From assembly GCA_021613535.1 (NCBI GenBank), contig CP075497.1:8093488-8157487 (forward strand): a stretch of 64,000 nucleotides of DNA. The letters run 5' to 3'. The notes below the pieces were generated by a model, which worked only from the letters and a program-made list of their open reading frames with translations, made no database searches and had not been told where the DNA came from. Both the position numbers and the translations under genes were made by a program. Every line of letters begins with the position of its first letter. Positions within the stretch are counted from its first letter, which is position 1. The DNA is from Adineta vaga. Lineage: Eukaryota > Animalia > Rotifera. Positions 34,410 to 44,483 of this stretch are shown in pieces.

Positions 34410-34768
34410 GATCGTTGATTTTCATTCTCTATAATATGTTATATATTCAACATTCTTCGTAAGAATGTTTTGGTAAAGAGAGACATCTAGAGAACCGTTG
34501 ATTTAATACGACAATATTCTTACTCGTTACTTACAGTTCTTTGTTTATAGTGAATGGATGAAAAACGACGATCACGATTCACGAAGGTAGACAACATGTA
34601 CGTAAAATACACACCCACCATCAACCAGTTAATCTATAGAGTCATATAAGTATGGTTAAATTGCTCTTTTTTTCTCAATCTTTGCGTAATTATTTGATGA
34701 GTCATTTTCTACATCTTTCTTTTCTTTTCAACTTTTAGATCACTAAAATCTTCCTATTTTAATCAATA

Positions 34769-36741
34769 ATGCCCGCTTCCGGTAAGTGAAATTATTTCTT
34801 CTTCCTATTCAAATGATACCTGAACATTCTAGTTCGAACTAAAGCTGGTCGATCATCACCAAAAACCAAACAAACATCAACAAACAAATCGAAAAAACGT
34901 ACATTTGAAGAAGATAGTGATCATCATGATGGTTTGCATCATTCAAATTAGTTCTTTTTCGATTGATAAATTTCTTCTCTGAATAGAATTACATAATGGT
35001 GATAATCATCCACAAAAACGAACAAAGCCAGCACCTGAAGTTGTTCATATAACAAGTATATTTCTTGTTAATTATTCTCCATTATTATTCTTTTGATTTT
35101 CATAGATGGTCATTCAACAAAGGTTAAACCTCGTGGAAAAACACCGTCAGCATCATCAGTAGTTAATGTATCTTTTCCATCATTTTCACTTTCAACAGCT
35201 GGTCAAGTCTTAGCTGTTGGTGATAATGGTATGGCACAATTAGGTTTAAAAAGTGCGATTAGTGAACGACAAAATCCTCAGCCAATTCCATTACCTGAAC
35301 TTGTCATACAGATCGCCTCTGGTCCACTACATTCGGTTTGTTTAACAGGAAAAAATCAAATATTTACATTTGGTTGTAATGATGAACATGCATTGGGTAG
35401 AGTAGATGTTAATGATGAAGATGACGATGAAGCACCTCAATTTGGATTAGTTGATATGAGTGGAGTAATAGATGTTAATCAAGAGAAAATTGTTCAAGTA
35501 GTGGCAGGTGATAGTCATACATTGGTATTATCGGATGCAGGAAAAGTTTATGGTAAAAAGAAAAACTTCTTCTGTTTTCTGAAGATCACGTTTTTTGTTT
35601 ACATATAAATAGGTTGGGGTACATTTCGTTCGAGTACAACAGGTGTTTATGGTCTTGTACAAAAAGGTGTAATGGCAAAAAGTCCAGTTGAAATCATTTT
35701 ACCGGAAAGAATTGTTAAATTAGCAAGTGGATATGATTTTGTTTTGTTTCTAAGTGAAACTGGACATGTTTATTCGTGTGGTAATGGTGAAACAGGTCAA
35801 CTTGCACGATTAAATCGTTATGCAGTTGAAGATGGTCTACGTGGTGGCATTGGTAAAGAAATTCGAATGAAAATATTTTGTTCTATTCTTATTTTTTGTT
35901 CCTCTTCTTCAGATCGATTGATCAGACCTGCACCGATCATTTATAATCGAATTGGAATTAAAGCAAAAAATTTATTATTTGATGATATTTTTACGGGTTC
36001 ACATCATTTCTTCCTCAAAGTACATGGTCATGATTGGATATTAGGTGGTGGACTAAATAATTTCAATCAACTTGGTAAGTAAATACATACTTGTTTCTTT
36101 ATGATCAAAGAGAACTCAATAGGGCTTCTCCTCTTCGCTAAAAGAAAGTCATCCATCTTTCATTACGCATACATTAGGATCAAAAGAGTTCTCTCTATAC
36201 GAAAATTGAAATAATAAATCTTCTTTTTAGGTTTACCAGTGGATGAACCAGTTTATTTTCCGACATTGATTCCGTCACTTGAAGGTAAAAAATGGGTAAA
36301 ATTTTCCGGTGGATTACATCATACAATCGGTTTAACCGCGAATGGTAATATCGATTATATTCATACGATTTGATTTGATTTGATTTTGTTTTCTTCTTAA
36401 ATCTAGGTGAAGTCTATGCAATGGGCCGACATCATGAAGGTCAATTAGGTATTGATCAATTGACAACACATTTAACACAACCAACATTGATTCCAAATTT
36501 ATCGAATATTGTTGATATATCTTGTGGAAATCACGTTTCATTTGTTATTGATCGATCTGGTAAAGTATTTTCCTTCGGAGCTGGTACATCGTTACAACAT
36601 GGTCATGGTCAACAAGATATTAAAATTCCGCGAATGATGTCATCAAAATTTATCGACATTAAAATGGTTCTTAATATAGCTGTTGGCGCTCAACATACAT
36701 TATTTCTGACGCATGATAATCCCAAGAAAGATGAAAATTAG
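34769..36741 (+). CDS. RCC1: Regulator of chromosome condensation (RCC1-like, 7-bladed beta-propeller), about 8 exons.
   Basis: Basic N-terminal tail: MPAS/SNLKLVDHHQKPNKHQQTNRKNVHLKKIVIIMM.../ELHNGDNHPQKRTKPAPEVVHIT. RCC1 repeats: VLAVGDNGMAQLGL, FTFGCNDEHALGR, VVAGDSHTLVLSDAGKVYG, WGTFRSSTTGVYGL, YSCGNGETGQLAR, GGGLNNFNQLG, GGLHHTIGLTANGEVYAMGRHHEGQLG, FSFGAGTSLQHGHG, VGAQHTLFL. Confidence 0.75.
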
Positions 36742-37860
36742 TTTAAAAAAAAAGATTATTCTTTGTTATTGTTGTTTGCTTTTTTATGTCACGAATTTTC
36801 CCTCTTTTTTTGCTACTATGTGGAATTTTTTTTCCTTATGAATTTTTTTGTCATTTGCTAAACATAAATAAAAAAAAAGAAAGATGAATTGAAATGAAGA
36901 TAAATATATGCATTCATGTCGAATGTTTGTTTATTTTTTTGTGAATTAAATAAAAGAAAATAGATGAATTTCATTGAATTGTATGGATCTCTCAACGAAT
37001 TCGATAGCTCAAGGCTTATGAATAAAAGCGTTTTGTTCATTCTTTTTTCTTTCATATACAATTATTCGTTAACTTTGATCATGATTTATCATATATCGAC
37101 GTAAACCTTCAGTTTACTGTCAAGTACTAGGCTTTTGTTCTTTGAAATGTATGAGTATACTTATGATGTATGACATGATTTGTATTTCGATAGTTGAATG
37201 ATGGGTCATATTTACAAATTCTTGAAAAAAAGCTTTGTAACTTTCAAATGAGTCATTATAATCAAATGTTCACGATGACCTGAAAGAACCATATAAAAAT
37301 AACATTCATGTTTAGAGAAGTGATTAGGTCAATGAAGTTATTCATAAAGTTATTTTTGAAATTTTGTATAAATTGTTCGGATAGTTCATCTTGAATATTC
37401 AGCATTATCAAATAGGAAACAACAACAAAAAAAAAGTGAAAAAAGAAGGAAAAAAAGAAACATCCATCGTTGTAACTGTGTCTATTTGAATGCGAGTTTG
37501 TATTATAAAAAAAAGGAGAAGAGAAGACAAAAGAAAAGAAACGAGAGATACACAGTTTATGTCGCAACAAAAGGAAAAGAAAGTGATGTTCACTTGTCAA
37601 TAGACGATATTCTATCTACATAAATAGTTAATTTACCATTCTTCTCTCCAAAGGTATATATATATATGCATGTATATATTTATAAGAAACAATAAAGGAA
37701 AATAGCAAACAAAAATACGAGTAAATCTCTCTGACAATGATGGTAAAATTGTAAACAAAATATTCAAAGAAGAGAATGAATGGTTTCATGATTTTTTTTT
37801 CAATTGACAACACACACACTCGGTTTCGACTAGCACAACAATAGATGATCTTTTATTCAG

Positions 37861-39023
37861 TTAAAATGTGTCTAGAGAATTATCATCGATCATTCCATTT
37901 GATGATGAAGAAGGATCTGATGGTTGATGATTGATATTATTCGTTCGAGAGTATTCCTTTAGAAAAAAAACGAAAAGAACTGTATCGTAACATGTTTTTC
38001 TTTCATATCAAACTTACTGTAACAGGTACAAGTGGATAATTCGTCCAAGCAGGTACATTATTAGCATCTGGTTGGGGCCCTAAAAAAACTAACAGGATTA
38101 TTTTGGATTTTTTAATGATATACGTTACATCTCGTTGATTGAAATGGATTTGTTGGAGATGTTTGATACATTAAATTATTTGGTGATTGAACACCCATTT
38201 CACTGGACATTTGATGTGAATGATTTACATTCATACCTAGAGAATGACATTGTTCAAGTTGTTGCGTTATTCCCATCAGTCCACCTTCTTCAACAGAGGC
38301 AATTAACCAAATTGGATCTAAAACAATGAAATTAGTTATTATTCTAATTAAAACTATGCAATAGAAACTATTCTACCTCCAAAAGGTACACCAGCTGAAG
38401 TAAATAGACGCCATTGTGATCTGATAATTTTGGACATCGTTGGACTGGTTATATCAACAGAAATATTTGCTTGTTCACCTGGTGCTAATGAGCCAACATA
38501 AGTCTCATCACGATCTTGTAATCGATCACCATTTACAAATCGTAATGAACAATTATTTGGCCATGGTTCACTACCTAAACAAAAATGAATCTTGATGAAA
38601 AGAGTCAAATTAAATATAATCAAATTACCAGAATTTTCTACACGCCATGTTTTAACAAATCTTGTATTTGGTGGAATGGCTTCACCTTCACCAACAGTTA
38701 CATCCGCAAGAAAACGCATTTGAGGAATTTTATCTGTTGGCATTTCCGCATCATAATAAGCAAGAATGGCTTCATTTAAATTCCTAAATAAATTACAATG
38801 TCATTTTTGTCAATGTAGAATTTAATTTACCAACTTACCAATTACTCATTTCAAGAAAAAAAGCACAACCCTCATCTGTTAACATCGCATTTGTCGTTGA
38901 ACGAAATTGTGCAATTAAATCTTCTCGATTACTAGTGGTGATCGATCGTAATCGTTCCATTAAATCTTCATCTAGATTTGACATTCCAGGATTGGATGAT
39001 ATAGGTTCGGAATCAACATCCAT
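37861..39023 (-). CDS. ILRUN: ILRUN/C6orf106 homolog (N-terminal UBA-like domain plus NBR1-like FW domain), multi-exon.
   Basis: MDVDSEPISSNPGMSNLDEDLMERLRSITTSNREDLIAQFRSTTNAMLTDEGCAFFLEMSNW (cf. MEGMDVDLDPELMQKFSCLGTTDKDVLISEFQRLL...AGCAFFLDMTNWN). QMRFLADVTVGEGEAIPPNTRFVKTWRVENSG...EPWPNNCSLRFVNGDRL...VGSLAPGEQANISVDITSP...SQWRLFTSAGVPFG (cf. FVEDVTIGEGESIPPDTQFVKTWRIQNSGAEAWPPGVCLKYVGGDQF...VRSLEPQEIADVSVQMCSP...GQWRMCTATGLYYG). Last exon: EYSRTNN...DNSLDTF*. Confidence 0.7.
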
Positions 39024-39471
39024 AAGTCACAACACAATAAATGAAATTTTATAAAAAAAGAAAAACCAGCTAATTCGATCTAAAAACAAACATAAATATA
39101 TCATAGTAAATAACAATAATGACGTTACAAAATAGGAGACCTTTTTATGTGCATTGGTGAGAAAGGAAAGAAAAAGAAAAAGAAAAAACGAGAGAATAAT
39201 CATAATTTACATAACTGTCCTTGAATAATGAAAATGGACAGATCTATTTCTAATAAGATTTCTTCAAGTTCTAATACGATAGATTTATACTTTAGAATAA
39301 AAAGAAAATAACGATTGATCATCTATGACTAAGAATGAAATTAAATGACGTCATTATTATTCTTTGATTGAATTAGAAAACAAACAGAACAGAAAAATAT
39401 TTAAAAAATCCAGATTATAAAAAGTAGGTGATATAGTCTTCGTAAATCGATCGTGTATTCATTAGGAAATT

Positions 39472-39629
39472 AAAGCAGTCGATAAACTTGGCATAATTGA
39501 ATATAAAATATTATGAATATGAAATGGAATATAAATCAATGCCGAATATGTAATTAAGGAGATAATACAAAAGAATATACTCATCATTAAAACTCTTTCC
39601 CACGGTTCCATAACGTAAATTGTTGTCAT
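39472..39629 (-). CDS. Second SPTSS-like ORF (serine palmitoyltransferase small-subunit paralog). The conserved core extends upstream of the first Met to about 39690, so the 5' end is unresolved and a pseudogene is possible.
   Basis: ...YQPFQYFYLQFLLMTTIYVMEPWERVLMMSIFFCIISLITYSALIYIPFHIHNILYSIMPSLSTALIS* (cf. SPTSSA WFYYQYLLVTALYMLEPWERTVFNSMLVSIVGMALYTGYVFMPQHIMAIL). There is no in-frame ATG upstream of the YxQYLL motif before a TAG. Confidence 0.45.
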
Positions 39630-41002
39630 TAGTAAGAATTGCAGATAGAAATATTGAAATGGTTGATATAGAGATTCATACCATGAACTTCTATTGTTTT
39701 CTTGTTTTATCTACGTATAATAGAAGATAAACGAAATCAAACATCCGAATAGATAATATTTGGATCGTTAATTACCATAAAATTATTATTGTTTATTGAG
39801 AAGACATGTAAATGCGGAAATCGACGTGTTGCTTCCATTCTTTCACAATTGTTAATATGTTCGACTTGTTAAGATGCAGGGTCGTCGTTTTACTTCAACT
39901 ATGTATGTGAGTCGATTGTAGCAAAATAATATATATATATGCAAGAAGCTACCGTAGCAACGCATTTAACTCAGGAGAAATTGATTGTGTTAGTGAAACG
40001 AAAAAAATAGTAGAGAGAGACACACCGATCGTTAAAATAGAAGAATAAAAAAGTTTGAGATAAAAAAAGAAAAATAAAACGATTGAGCTTTCGTTGTAAA
40101 AGTACCCAACGACAAAAAAAACAAACGAAATTTTATTCAGTAAGAGACAAAATCTTAGTTTGATTAGATTGTAATTTATAATCGGTGATTTAAGAAAGAA
40201 AAAGAGGGGAGGGAGAAGAAAAAAATCAATCATGCGCACACCATCATCCGTATGAGTACTACTCATTATACGATATAACAAGGATGAGAACAAAAAAGGA
40301 TTCAAAACGGTATATATATGTATTAAACACAGACAGGTAGGACAATTTTTCTTCTGTCAAACATTTGAAATGATAGAAAGTTCGATCAAGTTGTGAATGG
40401 CATACTAGTGTATTGAAGATACTTCATTTGACCTAGTTCTATGAAATTTTAGAGTTAAGATACAAAGAAAACGACAAAACCTCTTTAAAAATGACCTAAA
40501 AATTTCGTGTAGTTATTTGAAGAATGTTCTTATCGTCACTAAAAAACGTTTCTTTTCGAAAAGCCTCAAGTGTTTGAAAGAATACAGTTACATTTCGATA
40601 AACTGCGTCAGGGACATCACATCTCGAAGTATAGTTACTATTTTTCCTTTATAATAGAGTTTATTAAAAAAGAACGATTCTATCCAAATATCTCTGTCAC
40701 TATTTTCTATGCTACTTTAAAAAAACTTCTCATACTTTTCTCGAATAATTTAGTTTGACTCATCGAAATAGAAATAGATCTTAAATGGTACTAAAAAAGG
40801 AATGTAGTTCTATTTTTATCTTCTAAATAAACGATATGACAAAGTAATAGAATTTCCGATATTATTCTTTTTATTGTTACCTTAAATAGGTATTTAATCA
40901 TAGATAAAGTAACATTGTATTGTTCCAAAGATTTCTCCTGAATCTGTTTGTAAAAAAACTGAAAACGAACAAAAATGTTTACGATAGATAGTTGTTTTTT
41001 GA

Positions 41003-41206
41003 TCATGAATAAAATTGGATCATTGAGCGAACATGATGTGGTAGAAAAACTAATGCCGAATAGATAGCTGTGGATATAATAGCCACTAATAATGTAGAAA
41101 ATAGTAAACGTTCCCATGGTTCAAGCATGTATAATGCTGTATTAAGAAGATACTGAAGATAAAGCCAGTGAATAAATTTGAAGAGACGACGAATGTATGA
41201 TAGCAT
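41003..41206 (-). CDS. SPTSSA: Serine palmitoyltransferase small subunit A (SPTSSA-like), single exon, 67 aa.
   Basis: MLSYIRRLFKFIHWLYLQYLLNTALYMLEPWERLLFSTLLVAIISTAIYSALVFLPHHVRSMIQFYS* versus human MAGMALARAWKQMSWFYYQYLLVTALYMLEPWERTVFNSMLVSIVGMALYTGYVFMPQHIMAILHYF. Confidence 0.75.
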   Translation of the reverse strand: MLSYIRRLFKFIHWLYLQYLLNTALYMLEPWERLLFSTLLVAIISTAIYSALVFLPHHVRSMIQFYS

Positions 41207-41606
41207 TTTTATAACAGATCTTTCTTGTTTATTGTAATATATATTTGTCTAAAATATGAGAAAATCTAAGGCATATGTAATTTTGAGAATTTTGACTATT
41301 AGTATTTTGAAATATGTGAGAAGAACATGATCAGATGATCATTCATCGTCATTCGCAAAATAGACGACAAACAAAGTGCACAAACACATCAAATCAATAC
41401 AAATAGATGACTCAGAATAATCGAATGAAATGAGTAGTCATTACCTCTATTAATACTTAAGAAAGAGAAATTTTTGAAAAGAAGGTAAAAGGTCGAGAAA
41501 TAAAGATGGCAGATCATCTGATGAGAAGAACACCAATAGAAATAACAGATAGAGTTTGACAAGACATATTATAGTGACCTCTAGAGGATACATTAAGTCA
41601 ACTTAT

Positions 41607-42407
41607 TCAATTCGATTGACTTTTGTGTTTCGATCGTTTTCTTCTATGTTGTTTCTTTTTCTTTTTATTAGTGGCAATTGATGGCTTTTTCATGGATTTT
41701 GATGCTAAACTATGATTTGATGCTCGATGTACAATAATTTTTGGTGATATTCCATGTGAATGTTTCTTCTCTAGTAATGAATCCATCACTGACGAAGAGT
41801 CCGTAGTGTTATTTCTATATGTTGAAATCGTATCAAAAGTCTTCTCTTCTGATTTATTTCTGTAAGAATCTGAATTTTGTAAACTATTCTCTTTATCTAA
41901 AACCAATGGATGTTGCGAATCAGCATGATTTGAACGAAGTTCATAGCGTACTTCTGCCATAGACTATGATAAAATATTCTGATCGTAAGTGCTCACTATT
42001 GTTCATATTTATTTCTTACTAATTTTTTCATATTATTTTTGTAATATTTTACTCCATATTTTATTGCTTCTTGTCGCAATATTTCAGGTAAAGATAAAGG
42101 CTATTATATATCGAGAGAAAATACTTTTGTTTTTCATACTTATATATATATATATATATATTACTTGTCTGTTGAAAACTTGTTCATAGGCTGCAAGAGA
42201 TACTAAATCAAGTACCGGTAAACGTTCTTCATATTCTGCTTGAATCTGATTAGAAATATTGACAAGTTCTTGACGAAGATATATATTTCGTACAGCAATC
42301 AATTGACCAGCAACAATCTCGGGATTTGAACATAGCATCGAAAAATCAAAGAAAGTAGAAAAGTAACCGCTGAAATCAACGGAAAAGCGGGAAGTTTTAT
42401 GAGACAA
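41607..42407 (-). CDS. Orphan protein with a basic K/R-rich C-terminus. It has 2 exons separated by a roughly 220-bp intron carrying a (TA)n tract.
   Basis: Exon 1 is MSHKTSRFSVDFSGYFSTFFDFSMLCSNPEIVAGQLIAVRNIYLRQELVNISNQIQAEYEERLPVLDLVSLAAYEQ (donor gtttttcaac is weak). Exon 2 is SMAEVRYELRSNHADSQ...NKKKKKQHRRKRSKHKSQSN*. The intron contains tatatatatatatatatatat at 42141..42162. Confidence 0.35.
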
Positions 42408-42487
42408 AAAATGTGAATGAAATCAATTGAGTTTATTGTGATACGATTTTGATTCAATGTGACAGAGAAGAAGAAAAAAAGTTTCTA

Positions 42488-43817
42488 TTAAAATTTATCA
42501 AATAAATTATATTCTTCAATCGTACATTGTGCTGCTTGAAAACGTTCATCTTTAAATAATTCAAAATTTTGTGTATCACCTGGATAATCAACTTTCGGCA
42601 TGATTGGAGGCTAAATCATAGAAATTATTTCAACACTTTTCCCTCATCTTTCCATGCTCACTTTGATTCTTTGTTCCATAATATCTGTCCATGATACCCG
42701 CTTAAACCATCGATGTCGTTTTATATCATTAACTCCACCAGCCATACATCCTAAACGGCGTGTTCGATCTCGTTCAAGAAGTTTTCTTATTAAATTTCGT
42801 CCTATTTGATCAATAATTCTAAAATTGTTGACAATAATTAAGTTTATGAATTTTGAATTGAGATTATTTACTCGGAATGACATGGAGGTACACATGGCCA
42901 TGGAATAGGTTCATTTAAAATTTTGATAAATATATAAGACGGACAATTATGATGATCAGTTGCAGCAAATGGTGTATGTCCCACTAATAATTCATATATA
43001 ACTATCCCTAAAGCATACCAATCGACACCAAATGAATGACCATGACATGAGAGGATCATTTCCGGAGCAAGATATTCCGGTGTACCACATAATGTGTACG
43101 TTCTACAAGAAAAACACATTGTATGTTTATTTTATAGAAATAAATGTTTATATTTGAATTATAACCTGTCTGAAACATATTTTGCAAAACCAAAATCAGT
43201 TAATTTCACATGTCCATGAGCATCAAGTACTAAATTCTCCAACTTCAAATCTCTAACATTGAACAAAAATTCTCATTGATAACAAACAAAAGAAAAACAC
43301 ACCATGCTTGAATTCTTCTATTACCTATAAACGATGAGAAGGTTATGCAAATATTCCAAGGCGAGTATAATTTCGCATGCATAAAATCGTACAAGAGAAC
43401 TTTTCAGACGACCGGCTTGACGTAAGTAAGAGAAAAGTTCACCACCGGATAAAAATTCCATTGATAAATATAAATAACGAGTATCACGATATGAACCATA
43501 ACTGAAAAATATTAATTAGTAATTCTTTTTCATGTGTTCACATTTGAAAACGTACAAACGAACAATAAATGGATGATGAATAGTTGTAAGAATTCTTCGT
43601 TCATCATTAACATGATTAACTTGTTTCATTTGTACTATATCTCGAATAGCCATCGTTTTAACAACATAAAATTCTTCATAATTTTGAAAATATCGTCGAG
43701 TTAAAATAACTCGACTGAATGTTCCTACACCTAATTACAAAACCATATTACTTTTTCATAAAAATTTATCTCTCATGAAATCATCGCCTTACCAATGGTT
43801 GTAATCAACTCTTCCAT
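42488..43817 (-). CDS. cAMP-dependent protein kinase catalytic subunit-like AGC kinase (PKA-C/PRKX-like), multi-exon.
   Basis: Start MEELITTIG / [56 protein letters not shown] (cf. LGTGSFGRVMLVKH...[27 protein letters not shown]...FPFLV). [45 protein letters not shown] (cf. [44 protein letters not shown]). [19 protein letters not shown] (cf. KRFGNLKNGVNDIKNHKWF). The C-tail is [19 protein letters not shown]...EEYNLFDKF* (cf. [21 protein letters not shown]...EFSEF). Confidence 0.8.
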
Positions 43818-44073
43818 CAACGATTTGTTGTTACTTGTACGGAAATCTTTTTACTGATATCTATATTATCAAACTAACAGGAAAATAGAAGAAAAACGAC
43901 AGAGACCGAGAAACAATCTTGTAGACTATCCGTCTGTCTATTTATCATTCTATGGCCTTGGGTAGAAATATGTCAGAATGACAAGTTAAGCACAAGCATT
44001 TACCATGTCCATAAACATACTTTTTTCGTGTTTTATTTTTCATGTTAATACTGAAAAGTTACACGCAAACGCC

Positions 44074-44090
44074 CACACACACACACACAC
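44074..44090. repeat. (CA)n microsatellite upstream of the PKA-like gene.
   Basis: cacacacacacacacac. Confidence 0.8.
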
Positions 44091-44483
44091 ATAGAAATTG
44101 AACAAACAAAATGAAAACAAAGACGAGTGATATCTATTGATGAGAAAGAAGAAGAAGAAAAACATTTGAGAGTCGCTTAGCGATTTAATTATATTAAAAA
44201 TTTGGAATGATATTTATATTGGAGAAACAATTTCTCGTTGTCGACGAACTAGATTCTACAAAAGAAAAACAAATGAATTGATCATTGCAAAGAAAAAAGT
44301 AGAATAGAATATTCAAACCTCTTTAATACTTGATAATTGTTGTAAGATTTGTTCTTGTTTCGTTGCTGGTCTACTATATTGTGTTGGTTGGGCAGCAGGA
44401 TATTGTCGATTAGTATTATCCAAATCTCGCGATGGATAATTTGTATTTGTCTAAAATAGTATGTACATATTAATGATTTTAGA

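Noticed and set aside
37262-37600. 112-aa minus ORF between the RCC1 and ILRUN 3' ends.
   Set aside because: It is a poly-F/S/L low-complexity translation of an A/T homopolymer-rich 3'UTR region, and the two flanking genes converge here.
39949-40305. 118-aa minus ORF between the two SPTSS copies.
   Set aside because: It is a phenylalanine/leucine-rich translation of T-rich DNA with no motif. It is probably intergenic.
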